A stretch of DNA of 64,000 bases. Origin: the human T2T-CHM13v2.0 reference genome, Homo sapiens. The position numbers and the translations under genes were made by a program. The stretch lies in assembly GCF_009914755.1 (NCBI RefSeq), contig NC_060934.1; one strand, given 5' to 3'. This document shows positions 14,523-29,351 of the stretch, piece by piece (positions within the stretch are counted from its first letter, which is position 1; each line of letters opens with the position of its first letter). The notes beneath the pieces were generated by a model. That model did not search any database. It saw only the letters and a list, made by a program, of their open reading frames with translations, and was not told the origin of the DNA.

Positions 14523-14857
14523 TTTTATTTTTTAAATTTTATTACTATTATTATTATTATTTTGAGATGGAGTTTTGCTCTTGTTATCCAGGCTGAAGTG
14601 CAATGGCATAATCTCGGCTTACTGCAACCTCCCGCCTCCTAGGTTCAAGCGATTTTCCTGCCTCAGCCTCCCAAGTAGCTGGGATTACAGGCATGCACCA
14701 CCATGCCCAGCTAATTTTTTTTTTTTTTTGTATTTTCAGTAGAGACGGGGTTTCCCTATGTTGGTCAGGCTGGTCTCGAGCTCCTGCCCCTAGGTGATCT
14801 GCCCGCCTGGGCCTCCCAAAGTGCTGAGATTACAGGCGTGAGCCACCGAGCCCAGCT
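14523..14857 (-). mobile_element. AluSp/Sq-like SINE
   Basis: GAGTTTTGCTCTTGTT...GTGCAATGGC and ATGTTGGTCAGGCTGG; (ATT)n tail; TSD core CTTTCCTTTA. Confidence 0.92.
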
Positions 14858-17800
14858 AGCTTTCCTTTAAAAGTATCAACTTTTTTTTTTTAACAGAAAA
14901 ATGTAAAATTGATTACCTTATAGTAGAATGACTCAATGAAACAGTTTTAAAATCTCGAGAGTGTAGCTAATCACACCTAAAAGACAAATTAGAATTTTTA
15001 ACCCTCTGCTGACATCAATGTGAAAAAATGTCCATGAAGCATAGTGATTGATTCTGAATTTGTCTAGTATATATTTGGCACTCTGATATTAAGTAACTGT
15101 TGTGATTTGAGGATAGTACACTTTGATGCTGAATTTATACTATTGTATTTGACATTAAGCAGCTACAGTTTTCAAAAATGTGTGCAACTCTTTTAAAGAG
15201 ATTTTAAGGTAAAAGTTGAATATTAATTGGAAATCTCTATTCATTGCCTAATTGTAGCTAATTAAGATGCAAAATGTAAAATCTGTGCCCCAGGAATCTT
15301 AAGAACTTATAATCATAAACTTACACAAGCAAAAGTGAAGTATTAAATGAAAAGTGTCCAGAAAATATTTGGTGTCAGTTTGGGAGAGGCAAAATTCAGA
15401 TATATTTAATGAATACAATATTCCAGAACACTACACCTGGTAGTATTTAATTAAAGTGTAATCGATTTTACAAAATTAATTGAATGCATTCTGATCTGAA
15501 TATATGAGGGTTAAGTAGCTTTTGAAATGGCAAGTAGTAAGCTGTAAAACAGTCCAAAATCAAACAAATAAACGAAAATTCTGCTTCTATAAATAGCTGT
15601 TCTGTGAATGTTGTTGATCTTTTCATAGAGTCATATAAATAAAACGAGTTGGTTTAATGATTTACCATTAAATTCTAAATATGCTGTGGCAGTTCAGACA
15701 TTTCAGCTTTATTATCTGCTTTAATATATTCTGAACTTTGTGCAAGAGGCTACATTGACCTTCCCCAAGGATTTTGCTAGATATAAATAGGTAGGTCTCA
15801 ATGAAGCAACTGAAAGTTTATAAATGTTTGAAAGTGGGTCTAGTCTGAGCTTGCTAGATAAAGAATGAGTCTATTTCTGAAAGTATAATTCAATGTAAGG
15901 TGTTATAACATTGAGATACAGTACATAGTTTCTGGATAATTCATGAATTTCTATTAATAATTTCAAGAGGCTAAGCAACTTTCATCTTTATGATTCTCCA
16001 AAAAAAAAAATACATATATATATATATATGTCATCACAAAAGTTCATCCCTCTTATAAGGTCAAACTTAGATATGCTAGAGTTTCAGAATTAAAAATTGC
16101 CAAAGATTAAATTTGCAATGGTGTCTTTTAAATTTCCAGGTACATTTTTGCTTTCTTAAATTTTAAAATGGATACCTTGGCATGCATTAATACTTTGGCC
16201 AAGATTCAGTTTTCTGACTTTTGTGTTAGACTGCACAATTTTGTAAGACCAAAATTGAGTATGCAAATTTGAAGATGTTAAGTGGCGATATACTTTGATA
16301 ACTCAGCCCAGAGTCCCTTAATTAATAATTGGAATGGTTAGCTTTGATATTGGGCCTTACATGACATTGATTGTCCTGTGCCAAAATAAATATGCTGCAG
16401 CGAAATAGTGGATTATCATTCCCAGTGAATTAAATTTCTTTACATTGTGTTTCATGACATAGCCCTAAAATGCAAACATTAGATTGTATAACATTTCTTT
16501 CTACGAAGTCATATCTTTGCTAAGCTGGTTTTAGTAGTTGCTGTCACAAAAGTGACATTTACTGGGGAAAATGTAGAATAGGAAAGAAGGTGATGTTCAG
16601 TCTGATTTCAAGGTTTGGGAATTTGTGTAGGGCCCAAAAGACACACACCCCATTAGAAAATAACTATGGCTATTTAAGAAAGCAATAATACATATATTAC
16701 TGTTTCCATCTGTGTGCAGTAATTTTCCAAGTACCTGCGATGTTGTTAGAATATTTTTCAAGTACTTGAAATGTTGTTAGGTACCAGGCTGGAAGAAATA
16801 TCTCAATTTTGTTTTTTACTTCTCTTTATTAGTAAATTACTGAGAACTCTAAAGATGTTGTGACTTGAGTTACTTCAGGAGCCTGTAAGTTATTACAAAG
16901 GATGGAGCATTTGGTTAGACTTAATTCAGGTTGCTGTGGAAACTTAAAATTGGCCTTTTATAGTTAGATATTGGAGTAAAAGTATTGAAAAGAAATATCT
17001 GAATTAGTGGAGTTTCAATGTATGTATGCAATTGGAGGAATACATTTACATAAATACAAGATTTTAAATCGGAATTCAATTCCTAACTTTGCAAAATTGG
17101 TTAAATTTGTGTCAGTGAACCTAATTACTAATTTACCTACTGCTTTAAATATTTGGCTTTCAACATCAGGTTGACACTACAACATGGAAAAAGAAATATT
17201 TAAAGTCTGAATTAAATAGAATCTGCTTCTGAGATGGAAGTACATTAGTTATCATTATACATGTTATAGTATTTGAGAACTGAACTATAAAATAGAAATA
17301 ACTTATACAAACATATTAGTTATTTAACTATTTGGGACAAAGTCAAGGCTATTTATTCACATCCAATATAGGATGAATATATTCCATACTTTCAATTAAG
17401 CCTTACTGTACATGAAAAGTTATTATAGCTCATTGGATTATACCATATTTTTCTTACTGAAGATAATGTTTTAAAGTTGGTCTGATAAAGTGCAGTCTAA
17501 ATGCATTAGAAATTCTCAAGTGTGTAAAAGGCAACAGAATGTGGAGAAATCCAGATATTCTTCTTTAATTAAAAATACCTTGGATTTAAAGAAAGTGCGT
17601 TTTTAATGAATAAGCCACCGTTCATAGTAGGTTTGACAGGTGCAGTCTAGGTATATTGGCTTTGCATTCCACCTATGTTGTGATTTTCCAAATAAGAAAA
17701 CAAGCCGTATATTTGGAACAAAATGTGAAACTTAGAAAACTTTTTTTTCTGTGGCATTAAGTACTGTGTTCAATTTTCCTAACTCAATATTTGGTGGTAC

Positions 17801-17956
17801 ATACAATGTATTTCAAAGAACAATGAGGATAGAAAACAGCTTACCAATGCTACAGGAACAGTCCAAGTTGCTTTCATGTGTAATCTTTTGTACTGAAAAT
17901 TTTGCTGCAATAATTCTCAGACAAAGTTCCCTGCTTATCTTACTCAAATAAAATTA

Positions 17957-18277
<321 letters not shown>

Positions 18278-18369
18278 TTATTTTGGCAGCCTTTATAAAG
18301 GGGTGTTGTTGAAAAGAGAAATTTTCAGTAAAATAGCTTTTTTAAAAAAATAGATGCAAGTTATTTGCA

Positions 18370-19925
18370 TCTTCCAGTCCAGCATGTAAGGAGCTTGGAA
18401 GGCATCATTCCTATCATCGTAGAAGGAAAGGTGAACCAACTGAAAATCAACAATTCTTTTTAGATTCATTAGAGAACTGAAGTCACAGTCAAACCACTAC
18501 CCCCAACATTGGACAGCCAGCCAGACAGACACAGAGTATCGTAACTTACCTGGGCAAGTAGCCCATGAACGGGAACTCTTCAGGGACAAGTACTGGTGTA
18601 GGAATCCTCACTGAAACCGACAGATTGCTGCAGCCTCAAGGTGGACAAGTTTGAGAGATAACAGTGTCATGAGGACCCAGCCCTTGGCAGCCCACACACT
18701 TTGGTGAATGTTCCCTTCAGGAGCCCTCCCACATTCTCACAGCAAAGATGAAAGAAAAATCCCCTCAGTTTTCAGCAGGGGAAAGGGGGAAAGTAGCCAT
18801 TTTGAAATATTCCTAGAGCATTCTATTCTTAACAAGGCCTGCCTTCAAGAAAAACTATTTTACCAGAACCTAACCAACCTAGGGGAATAGAAATGCCCAA
18901 TTATATTATAAGAAGTGGGAGGGAATAATTGAAAATACTCTGTTTTACAGTACTTGTACTACCCATGAAATGGGTTAGTTATGTTGTTACATAAGTTGCT
19001 TATAAAATGGTATGATGATATTTGACAGAGGATTTGGCTTGGTAGTTATAATGTATATTGCAAATTCAAAGTCAGTCCCTAGAAAAAGAATGTAAAAACA
19101 GAAGATATAAAATTGATATGTTAAGAGAGGATAAAAACAGAATCGTGAAAAGTTCAATTAAAAAACCAGAGAAGACAGAAAAAAACAGGAGGGGGGGGGG
19201 AGAAAACAAAGATTAAGGATATTAGAGTATTGAATACAAAATGAAGACAAATATGGTAAATGTTATAAATATTAGTCCAACTATATGAATAATTAAGTGC
19301 TAATCATCTAAATTCACCTATTTGTCAAAATAGATGCAAACACAAGACCCAACTATATATTGTCAGTAAGAAACCTACATTTAATATAAACACACAGATT
19401 AAAAATAAAGGCATGGAGAAACATATACCATGCTAACATTAATCAAAAGAATGTAGAAATTTAGATAAAGATGACTTTGGAGAAAGGAAGATTACAGGAA
19501 TAAAAAGAAACATTACATAACATTATGTAGTAATAATTAGATCATTACTCCAAGAAGACAAAACATAGAATATGTTCTATGTACATGCATAGGAAGACAA
19601 TATTTTGTAGACATCAGTTCTTCCCAACATGATGTATAAATTCAATGCAATTCCAATCCCAAGTTATTTTGTAGATATTAACAAACCGATTCTAAAGATT
19701 GCATGGAAAAGCAAAAGACTCAGAATAGCCAAAACAATATTTAATTAATAAGAGTGTGTCAATATTGGCTCATTAATTGTAACTAATGTAACACACTAAT
19801 GCAAAAAAGGTTAATAATACACAAATGGTCTGTGGGAGAGGTATGAGGACACAGGAAACTCTCTTACTGTCCTCTCAACTTCCTTTAAACCTAAAATTGC
19901 TCTAAAAAATTGTGTATTCATTTTT
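18370..19925 (+). mobile_element. Old L1 (L1MC/L1M4-like), internally deleted: 5' region, ORF2 endonuclease and RT fragments, 3' end
   Basis: CAAGACCCAACTATAT...AAAGGCATGGAGAAACATATACCATGCTAAC (EN, KGWRNIYHAN-like); AAATTCAATGCAATTCCAATC; L1MC-type 3' end GGCTCATTAATTGTAAC...AAACCTAAAATTGCTCTAAAAAA. Confidence 0.7.
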
Positions 19926-19961
19926 GTCATCTATATTTTGAAGGACATTGTTGAAATGTTG

Positions 19962-20177
19962 AAATTTATATAAATGTATAATATTTATATAAATATATAA
20001 TATTTATATAAATATTTATATAAATATATAATATTTATATAAATATTTATATAAATATATAATATTTATATAAATATTATATAATTATATAATAATAAAT
20101 ATTATATAATATGTATAATATATAATATATAATAATAATTATATAATATTTATATAAATAAATATAAATATATTAAT
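19962..20177. repeat. AT-rich minisatellite/low-complexity tract with repeated palindrome ATATTTATATAAATAT
   Basis: Almost pure A/T; the 16-bp self-complementary unit recurs several times from 19981. Confidence 0.9.
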
Positions 20178-20692
20178 AGTCTTGAATGGGACTACAAATA
20201 TTTAACTTAAGGAAAAAATACACACACACATATATATATTTCATATTTACCTACCCACAAAGGGGAATGATAGCTATGATGAATTTCTGACAATGGCAAC
20301 AGAAAAAAATCCAATTGTGTTTAAATGCAGAAATCTTTCACATACTAATGCATTTGAGAAGAAAAGAAATAGTGTATTACCCAGAAAAAGCTATTGTAAT
20401 GACTCTTAGAATCACATTTCACTTTGCAGTTATAGCCATTCACTACTACCCTGGCCAGTGTGGGAATCAGAGCAACTGAAAATAAGATACAATACCAGTC
20501 AGTCCCCAGTACCTACTCTGTATTTGCTGTATGCACAGCATACAAAGTATTTTATTGCTGGAATCTGACAGGTTTAAGCAAATTAGGAGAATAGGAATAC
20601 ACCTTCATATTCAAAACCAATATTTGATTACTTTATTAGTCACTGGCTCAAGGGAATTTTGTGAATCACACGATCATAGTGACACTTTTTAG

Positions 20693-21043
<351 letters not shown>

Positions 21044-21899
21044 TGATCACTGAAATATGCATGACATGTTTAAACATTGTCTTCCCTTGTCTTATTTGTA
21101 TTTTTGTTGGTCACACCGCCAGTGCTGATGCCATTAATTTCTCATTTCTTTCTGGGGCAGTGGGACTTTGGCAAGCTGTGCTGTCATTCATCTTAATCTC
21201 ATTCAAGATTTATCTCACTGACGGCTGCCACCTGAACTCAATTATGTTGTATGGTATTTAAAAGATTATCTGGAGATAAAAGAGTTTGGGCAGATTCTAC
21301 ATGTATCTTCTATTAGCAGCTTAGCTAGGGACAGTAAAGAAATGTGATGTGATGCATAATGGTGAGGAAGATAATTTTCTACCCAAAATTCAGTTAAGGA
21401 AAAGCAAATTTGAGACTTTAAGTATATATCAGCTCACAGTAAAATCAACATGCGCGCTCTATTTTTAACTAGTTTAAAGCAATAATCTGTACCAAATGCA
21501 GATACCTTTAATGAAATAAGTTGCTGCACTTATACTTTTCATTGTATCAATGAGTTTTTCAATCATCATGAACCAATTTTAAGATCTTGGTTTCTAATTA
21601 AATGGTTACATATCAGCACACCACACCTAGTGTTATTAACTTACAATTATCCAATCCTGTTTTTTGAATAAATACAATTGGGATTTTTGTCTTTATATCA
21701 AATATGGTCCTCTGTAAATAATAGCAGCTCTTATTAAGTTCTGCCTTATATTTACATGTATTATAAACACTCTATGGTATCAATTTTAATTCTCACCTTC
21801 ACCTGATGAGATAAGTATATTTTTTCCCAATTTTGCAACAAAGAAACAGACTCAAAGAGGCTTAGTAACTTTTTCAACATTTCACAGTCAAAATTATGA

Positions 21900-22223
<324 letters not shown>

Positions 22224-23119
22224 TCAAAAATATGATATCTATTACACAGTTTTGTTTCTCAGATTCTCTGTGGTCAACCAAAGAAGTCAGAAGAGAAACA
22301 TGGGAAAATGAGAGAACGAAAAAAGGCCTTATCAATTCTAGACAGCGACAGAAATTGAAACTCTTAAGTAAAAATCTAAACATGCAAAGGAAGTTGAGAA
22401 TTTATCCTGACTCTATGAGAATGTCTGTTTTTTCAAAGGAAGCCAGTAAAACAACAGAGAAAGAGGTTCATTTTTAACAGTTTGAGAGCACACGAATAAA
22501 TGCAAAAGCATGTAAAAATTTTAAATTATTTTTCATAGTTTTTACATCTAATCGATGAATATTCAATAGATTAGCCTATTGCTTATGCTAAATTTTATCC
22601 AGTGTAATTTATAACCACTGAGCTTCAAGAAACTCCACAACACCTTATTTCTACTGACATTATTAAACACAGATTCCTGCAATTGAAGAGGACACTAGTC
22701 TACAGTTCCTCATCAAAGCAAGCATCAGTGGAAAGGCCACCAGACCTTTCCATATAATGTAGGCAGATTTCGGTCACTTTCTAAGAAATTGTTGCTTCCT
22801 CAATTCAAAAAGACCACCCCTGTGTTCTTTAGCTGCTCACCAGCTGGGCCTTCAGTTCCTTAGTTACCCAGTTAAGTGGCCCTCTGTGTTTAGCTATGTT
22901 TCTGTAAATAGCCTTTGAAATAGAAATAGTGACCTCACGTCTTGATTTCTGATACCTGACTTTGGTGCTTACTGGTTTTTCTAACCAGAAGGCAGCAGTT
23001 AAGTATAACGATGCTTTTCTACTCTGGGAAGTTTTCAGAGAGGTCTACTAGAAAGAAAGGTGGCAGGAAATTGATAATCAGCATGATATTGATTTTTCTG
23101 TAGCAACAGTCTTGGTGGG

Positions 23120-23513
23120 TGTATTAGATCATTCTTGTGTTGCTGTAAAGAAATACCTGAGACTGGTAATTTATAAAGGAAATGGGTTTAATTGGCTCAT
23201 AGTTCTACAGGCTGTACAGGAAGCATGCCACTGGGCATCTGCTCAGCTTCTGATGAGGGTTCAAGAAGCATTCAAGTATGGCGGAATGCAAAGTGGGAGC
23301 TGTCACAGGGTGAAAGCAGAGGCAAAAGAGGGAGGTGCTAACACTTTTAAATGACCAGATATCATGAGAACTCACTCATTATCATGAAGACAGCATCCAG
23401 CCATGACAGATCTGCCCCCATGACCCAACAGCTCCCACCAGTCCCAACCTCCAGCATTGGGGATTACAATTCAACATGAGATTTGGACGGGGTCAAATAT
23501 CCAAACTGTATCA
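23120..23513 (-). mobile_element. MaLR LTR (MSTA-like)
   Basis: TGTATTAG...AAGAAATACCTGAGACTGG...CAACATGAGATTTGG...CCAAACTGTATCA; 5-bp TSD GTGGG/GTGGA. Confidence 0.88.
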
Positions 23514-24503
23514 GTGGAGTTGACTGCCACAGTGACTTGCTTTTACCACGTCCGTGGGTGACCTCAGTAGGGCCAATCATAGGGTCCTCTAAGCATTTAA
23601 TGCAGAGGAAGAGAGGTATTTCTTTTTCTTTTGGATTACAAGTTGTAGGAACATAGACTAGGCTTGGGGCTGTTGGTAGCCATCTTTCCCCACAAAGGGA
23701 GAGAGATTGTTTGACAAAGAAGCTAACACATGGGGACACAGAGCTATAGAAAGGGGAAGAAACAGAAAGGTACCTGCTCTGTTTAAACCCTCAATCCCAG
23801 TTTTTCTGCACCAGTAGAATTCTCCTTTTGTTACTTGCTACTGAAAAAGCCCTCGCCATTACAGAAACTCAGCAAAAACTATTTTCATAATGTGGCCTTA
23901 CATCACTGATGGATCATAGCAGCTGGGGCAAATCTTATTTTCTCAACTATTGCTGTGGAAAATCTTGAGTTATTCACAGATGAAAACCTTCCTAAGCATG
24001 CAGTAATTTTACATGTGGAGGAACCAGTGAAGTGGAAACCCATTCTCCGTGTTCTTCGGATTGAGGCTTTCCATTAGCATGCTTTTCTTTCACCTGCAAG
24101 TTTGTGCTTTTTTACAATCTCTAATTTCGGTATTACAGTACTGCAGGACCACTCCTTATAAAGGAGATGTGGACCCATGTTTGTGGCTCTATTTTTTACA
24201 AATAATTGATGTCAAAAGTCCAATTAATATAATCTGAACTTGTGGTGGGAAAAAAACTTCTTTTTCTAAGTAAAAAACAAGTCCTTTTTCCCCCTTCTCT
24301 AATAATGTTGACACCATAAAACGAATCTTAAAAGAATAAAATAAATGATCATATCTGCTGTTGGTGTGGATGTAAAGAAACATATATTCATTGCTAGCTG
24401 GACTATCAGTTTGCAATTATGAAGAATATTTTGACAATTAAAAAATTTATAATTTTTATATTACTTACTAAAATATTTTACATCTAGAAATTTATTGTAA
24501 TGA

Positions 24504-24870
<367 letters not shown>

Positions 24871-25129
24871 TCAATGTTTACCCTAGTAAATATTGGAAAC
24901 CACGTGAGCATCAAATAGTAGGAATTACTCAAATATAGTACATTCGGTCATACGGAAACACTGTAGAACAATTAATTCTGTGAATGAATAATTAGTGATA
25001 AAAAGAAATGTTTATGATTCTTTAATGACCTAAGCAGATTGTTAAGGAATATGTGTACTAGTATGCAATTTTTTAAAAAAATCAGATTTTGTGTGAAAAT
25101 GTGTATATGGCTATAGATATTTCCCTCAT

Positions 25130-25262
25130 AAATATATGTATATATGTGTATATGTATATACATATACACATATATATACACATATATACATGTGTATATG
25201 TATATACATATACATATATATACACATATGTACATATATGTATATACGTATATATATATATG
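25130..25262. repeat. Compound (TA)/(TG)/(CA) microsatellite
   Basis: ATATATGTATATATGTGTATATGTATATACATATACAC... for ~130 bp. Confidence 0.9.
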
Positions 25263-25709
25263 ACAGGGAAAAGAAAGAAATGGAGAAATATACACTACAA
25301 TGGTTAAAATAATTATTTGTACTTTTTGAGATGAAAAAGTTTATTTTAATATTTTGCAGTCTTATGTATTTTATAATTTTTCTACATGAAACTTGTATTA
25401 GCTTTCTAATAAAAATTACGTATTTCTAAAGGGTCCTCATATTTGGAAGGGTTGAGAGACACTGCCCCAGAATGTGCCATAAACACATGACCTCTTGAGT
25501 TAATAATAGCAAATGTGGCTCCAGAGTACATGGTAGATTACAATTGTCTGAAAGTATTTCTTAAGTTGATTATAGAAACCCTTCAGAGGGGATGTGGCAA
25601 AGAAAATACCTAAGATGAATTTTCAGAGGCAAGGGTTTATGAGGCAAGAAAAATAGGAATGCATTCTCAAAAGAGATTCCAAATTGTAGACTGTGGGAGT
25701 ATGTCTCCT

Positions 25710-26302
25710 TGTCAGCGTAAATTTTCTGAAATCTCACTAAAGGTTATGCATTCCCTGCCCTTCCAGGATCTGCTCTGTATTCCAGAGAACTACCCTTCCC
25801 TAGCTGCTTTACTTTCTGCCTTCCTAGGTAGGTTTGGTCAATGGAAGGTACCCACAAAAGACGTGAGGACAGGAAGAGAAGACAAGCCTTCCTCCTCTAT
25901 CTTCCTATTTTGGATTGAGTCTCTAACTGTACCTTATCTGTGACTCAGCTTCCCGCAATTAGGCCATGCTTCCTTAGTTCCAGCTCCCATAGAACATGCC
26001 AGAAAAATTTTTTTTCTTTTCTTTTTTTTTTTTTAATTATACTTTAAGTTTTAGGGTACATGTGCACAACGTGCAGGTTTGTTTCATTCTTCCAGCAGCT
26101 TGACTTTGGTGACATTCTTCCTTCGTCCCTCTCGTTTTAGGGATGGAAACATTCTACATATGGTAGGTTGCGTCATAATTTCCTTGCTGATTTCTCATCT
26201 CTTTCGTAGCCCTTGTAATCAGTCCCCTATCTCTCTATATTAAACTTCCTTTATTTGAAATATGTTAGTTTAGCTACTCTAAACTTGAATTTGTCTGATA
26301 TA
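25710..26302 (+). mobile_element. ERVL LTR (LTR33-like), interrupted by a tiny L1
   Basis: CTGCTCTGT...CTTCCTAGGTAGGTTTGGTCAATGGAAGG motif and ATTAAAC...CTGATATA end. Confidence 0.55.
26008..26083 (-). mobile_element. Severely 5'-truncated primate L1PA 3' tip
   Basis: Poly-T followed by ATTATACTTTAAGTTTTAGGGTACATGTGCACAACGTGCAGGTTTGTT, the reverse complement of a young L1PA 3' end. Confidence 0.85.
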
Positions 26303-26429
26303 AGTGTGCACTGTAAAGAAAACAGAAATCTTTTGGTGCTATGACCTTACAAAATAATAAAAAAAAAATTGAGTGACAGTCAGCTTCACTTTGTCCTGAA
26401 CATTAATTACATTAATTACATTACATTAA

Positions 26430-26940
26430 CTTATTTCTGAATAAGGTTCTAGTAGTGATAACAGAAAACAGGTAAACAAACAAAACAGATAACTATGAGA
26501 CCTTCCATTTGTCATACAGCACTGGAGCAAATAAGAAAGTTTCCTGTGATAATTACTCATCACCTGCTGAGAGAGGCATTTGATATTAATGGTAAGAAAG
26601 CCCCTCTCAGAAAGATGGTATTTGGATTTAGAGTTGAAGAGCAAGAAGGAGCCAGCCTTGCGACTATCTGGAGAAAAACTGCTCTAAGCAGAGGTTGCAA
26701 GTTAATGAAAAAGCTCCCATGTAGAAATTTCGAGGGCTGGCATAGCTGGAACAACATAGACAAGAGGATAAATAAGATTGAAGATGGAGGAAGAGATCAG
26801 GTCATTTATGACCTTGTACATGATAAGGAGACTCAGTTTTATTCTAAAAACCATGGGAAGCTATCGGAGAGTATTAACATGAAGAGTAATTAAAAATATG
26901 TAAAAGGGCTGTTTGGCTGCTATATGGAAAAGGGCTGGAA
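26430..26940 (-). mobile_element. L2 fragment
   Basis: GAAAGCCCCTCTCAGAAAGATGGTATTTGG...GAAGGAGCCAGCC...TTTTATTCTAA...ATGGGAAGCTATCGGAGAGT are typical antisense L2 motifs. Confidence 0.65.
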
Positions 26941-26981
26941 TCTGGTGGGTAGGAGGAGGCCAAAGTGAAAATGAAACTTGG

Positions 26982-27559
26982 TATCTTAGTTCTTTCAGGT
27001 TGCTATTACCAAATACCATTGACTGCATGACTTATAAACAACATAAATTTATTTCTTATAGTTCTGGAGGCTGCGAAGTCCAAGATCAAGGGGCTGGCAA
27101 GTTTGGTGTCTTACCAGACCTTTTTTGTGACTTCACATGATGGAAAAGGCAGGAGAGCGCTCTTCTCTCTCTCCTTTTTCTTCTCCCTCCTCTTTCTCCA
27201 GATATTCACAAGGCTGGCTTCTTGTATTCAAACATCATCTTTCTCAGAGGGCCTTCCTTATCATTTGATATAAAATACCTCTCTCAGCAGAAGATGAGTA
27301 ATTACTTATCATGGGAAACTTATTTTATTTTTCCAAAGAACTATATCACAGATGGAAAGTTTCATAGCTACCTGTGTTGTTTGTTTTCTGTCATTTCTCT
27401 TACTTGACTTCAGTCTCTTTATAAGGGCACTAATCCCATTCATGAGGTCTCCCCCTTCATGATCTTGTCCCTCCTGTAGGCCCTACCTTCTAATACCATC
27501 ACCTTCGGGGTTAGGATTTCAACATGTGAATCTTGGGGAGTAATATTCAGTCCATTGCA
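26982..27559 (-). mobile_element. MaLR LTR (MLT1A-like) carrying a foreign ~210-bp insert
   Basis: TATCTTAG...AGTTCTGGAGGCTGCGAAGTCCAAGATCAAGG...TTTATAAGGGCACTAATCCCATTCATGAGG...GGATTTCAACATGTGAAT...CCATTGCA. Confidence 0.82.
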
Positions 27560-29351
27560 CAGGGAGAAAAGTGAAGATGATTTCAGAAGTCCAGGGCAAC
27601 AAAGATGTGGCTTGATTTAAAATGGAATATAAAGATAAACTGAAAACCAATGTCTGTAAATAATGCACAGGACTTAGATCTTCACTGACATTTAAGATAA
27701 TTTTCTAAATAAAGCATATCTAAATTTTATTAGCATATTAATGAAGTGTATCATATAAAGTGAAAGCAGTCAACAACTAGTATAGTCGTGAGATCAAAGT
27801 GAAATTCAATTATGATTTTCCTATTATGTTTTAGGATAAAAAGCCAAACTATGCTGATTTATCTCAGCCTTCAAAGTAGAGGGCTGCATAAAGAAAATAT
27901 TTTATAGAAATTAGGAAGACTTCAATATCTTTTCATCATAAATGACTGATAATCAGAATAATAAAATGTTCACATGGGCATCAATATCCTTCAATTAAAG
28001 GCTGAAGGAATTAGAGAACAATGCTAGTTTGTACTTACTTAATAAATGCTTTATTTTCTAGTAATGCCAAACCAGAAGAACTTACAAAGATCAGTTTCTT
28101 TCTGTCTTTCAGTTACCTACTTACATGTCAAATTAATGCACTCTTTAAAATGATGGTGGTCACTTTTTGATCCATACTGCCAAAAGAGCCCTAAATGAAA
28201 CCAAATTAATTTCCCATTATATTATTTAATTACAGCTATTCAGCTTCCTAGCTTCTGTCTTGTTTTGATGTTTAATGCTATCTCAATTGATTTGGTCTAC
28301 AAATAGCAGTTAACTTGGCACTGAACAAGATGATTTCTCTAAAAATAACTAACATATTTTATTACTCCAAACTTAAAGAAATAAAAGGAAAATGAATAGG
28401 TAACTCACAATTTATACTTTTCGTAATATTTTTGTAATTTATATAAATTTCTAATTGCTCATGAAAAAAAAAAGCTACTTTCTAAAACTTCCGTGATCAC
28501 AGATAAGTTTATATATATATGGGATTCCGGAAACCGATAGTTCGTATTTCAGAACAAGTAGCCTATGGTGTTGAAATGGTCTCTATCTTAGATTTGAGGC
28601 ATTCTTAGGCCTAAATGAGTTTCAGTAAAACCCATAGGATAAGACATTTAGCATGTATATGCTCCAGTTCAGAAAACCATTATTGTTATGAGCTGGTGCT
28701 ATTGAGTTTTGTTTTGTTTTGTTTCAATGTAATATTTAGGAAGATAGTAAAAGCAGAGAAAAAAATGGAGAATAATATCAGAGTCAGACTTAATAAGATC
28801 AGATGGTTACGATATGCCATACACCATTCAGAGTCCTTTATCATAAATTAATTAGTCTGATTCTCACACCCTCCAAATGAGGCAAGTACTGACGTTATCT
28901 ACATTTTAACAGGTAAGGCAAATGAGATAGACAAAGCTTCAGGCATTTGTCCAAGGTCATAGAGCTGGGCAGGTTTTTCCACATGGCCTATCTCTACTCT
29001 ATCCTTATAACTACTATGCTTTTCTGCCTTTCAGAACTAGAGGGCTATTTATGACGTATTGAGGGTTTGCATTTTCATTACTCAATATTGTCTTATATTT
29101 TCTACCAGTAGTTGATAAAATCTAATTCTTTAAAAGGTATTTTGCATATTTTGTGTTCTGCATATTATATTTTTCAGTATACATTTGGTTTGAATTTTAA
29201 ATTTTACAAAATGGCATCATGGTTACTTAAATAGTTAGATGTGTCCCCAAATGCTTAGTGTGTGTGAGCCGATATGGGGGATGCTATAAGTATTTGTCTT
29301 ACCAATAGTTGCCTGTGAGACATGCCACGCAATCCTTTTGTTCTGCTGCTT

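Noticed and set aside
24972-25307. Tyr/Ile/His-rich ORFs on both strands
   Set aside because: Translations of a TA/CA/TG microsatellite.
26495-26893. 132-aa ORF
   Set aside because: It lies within a decayed L2 fragment, with no recognisable domain or splice support.
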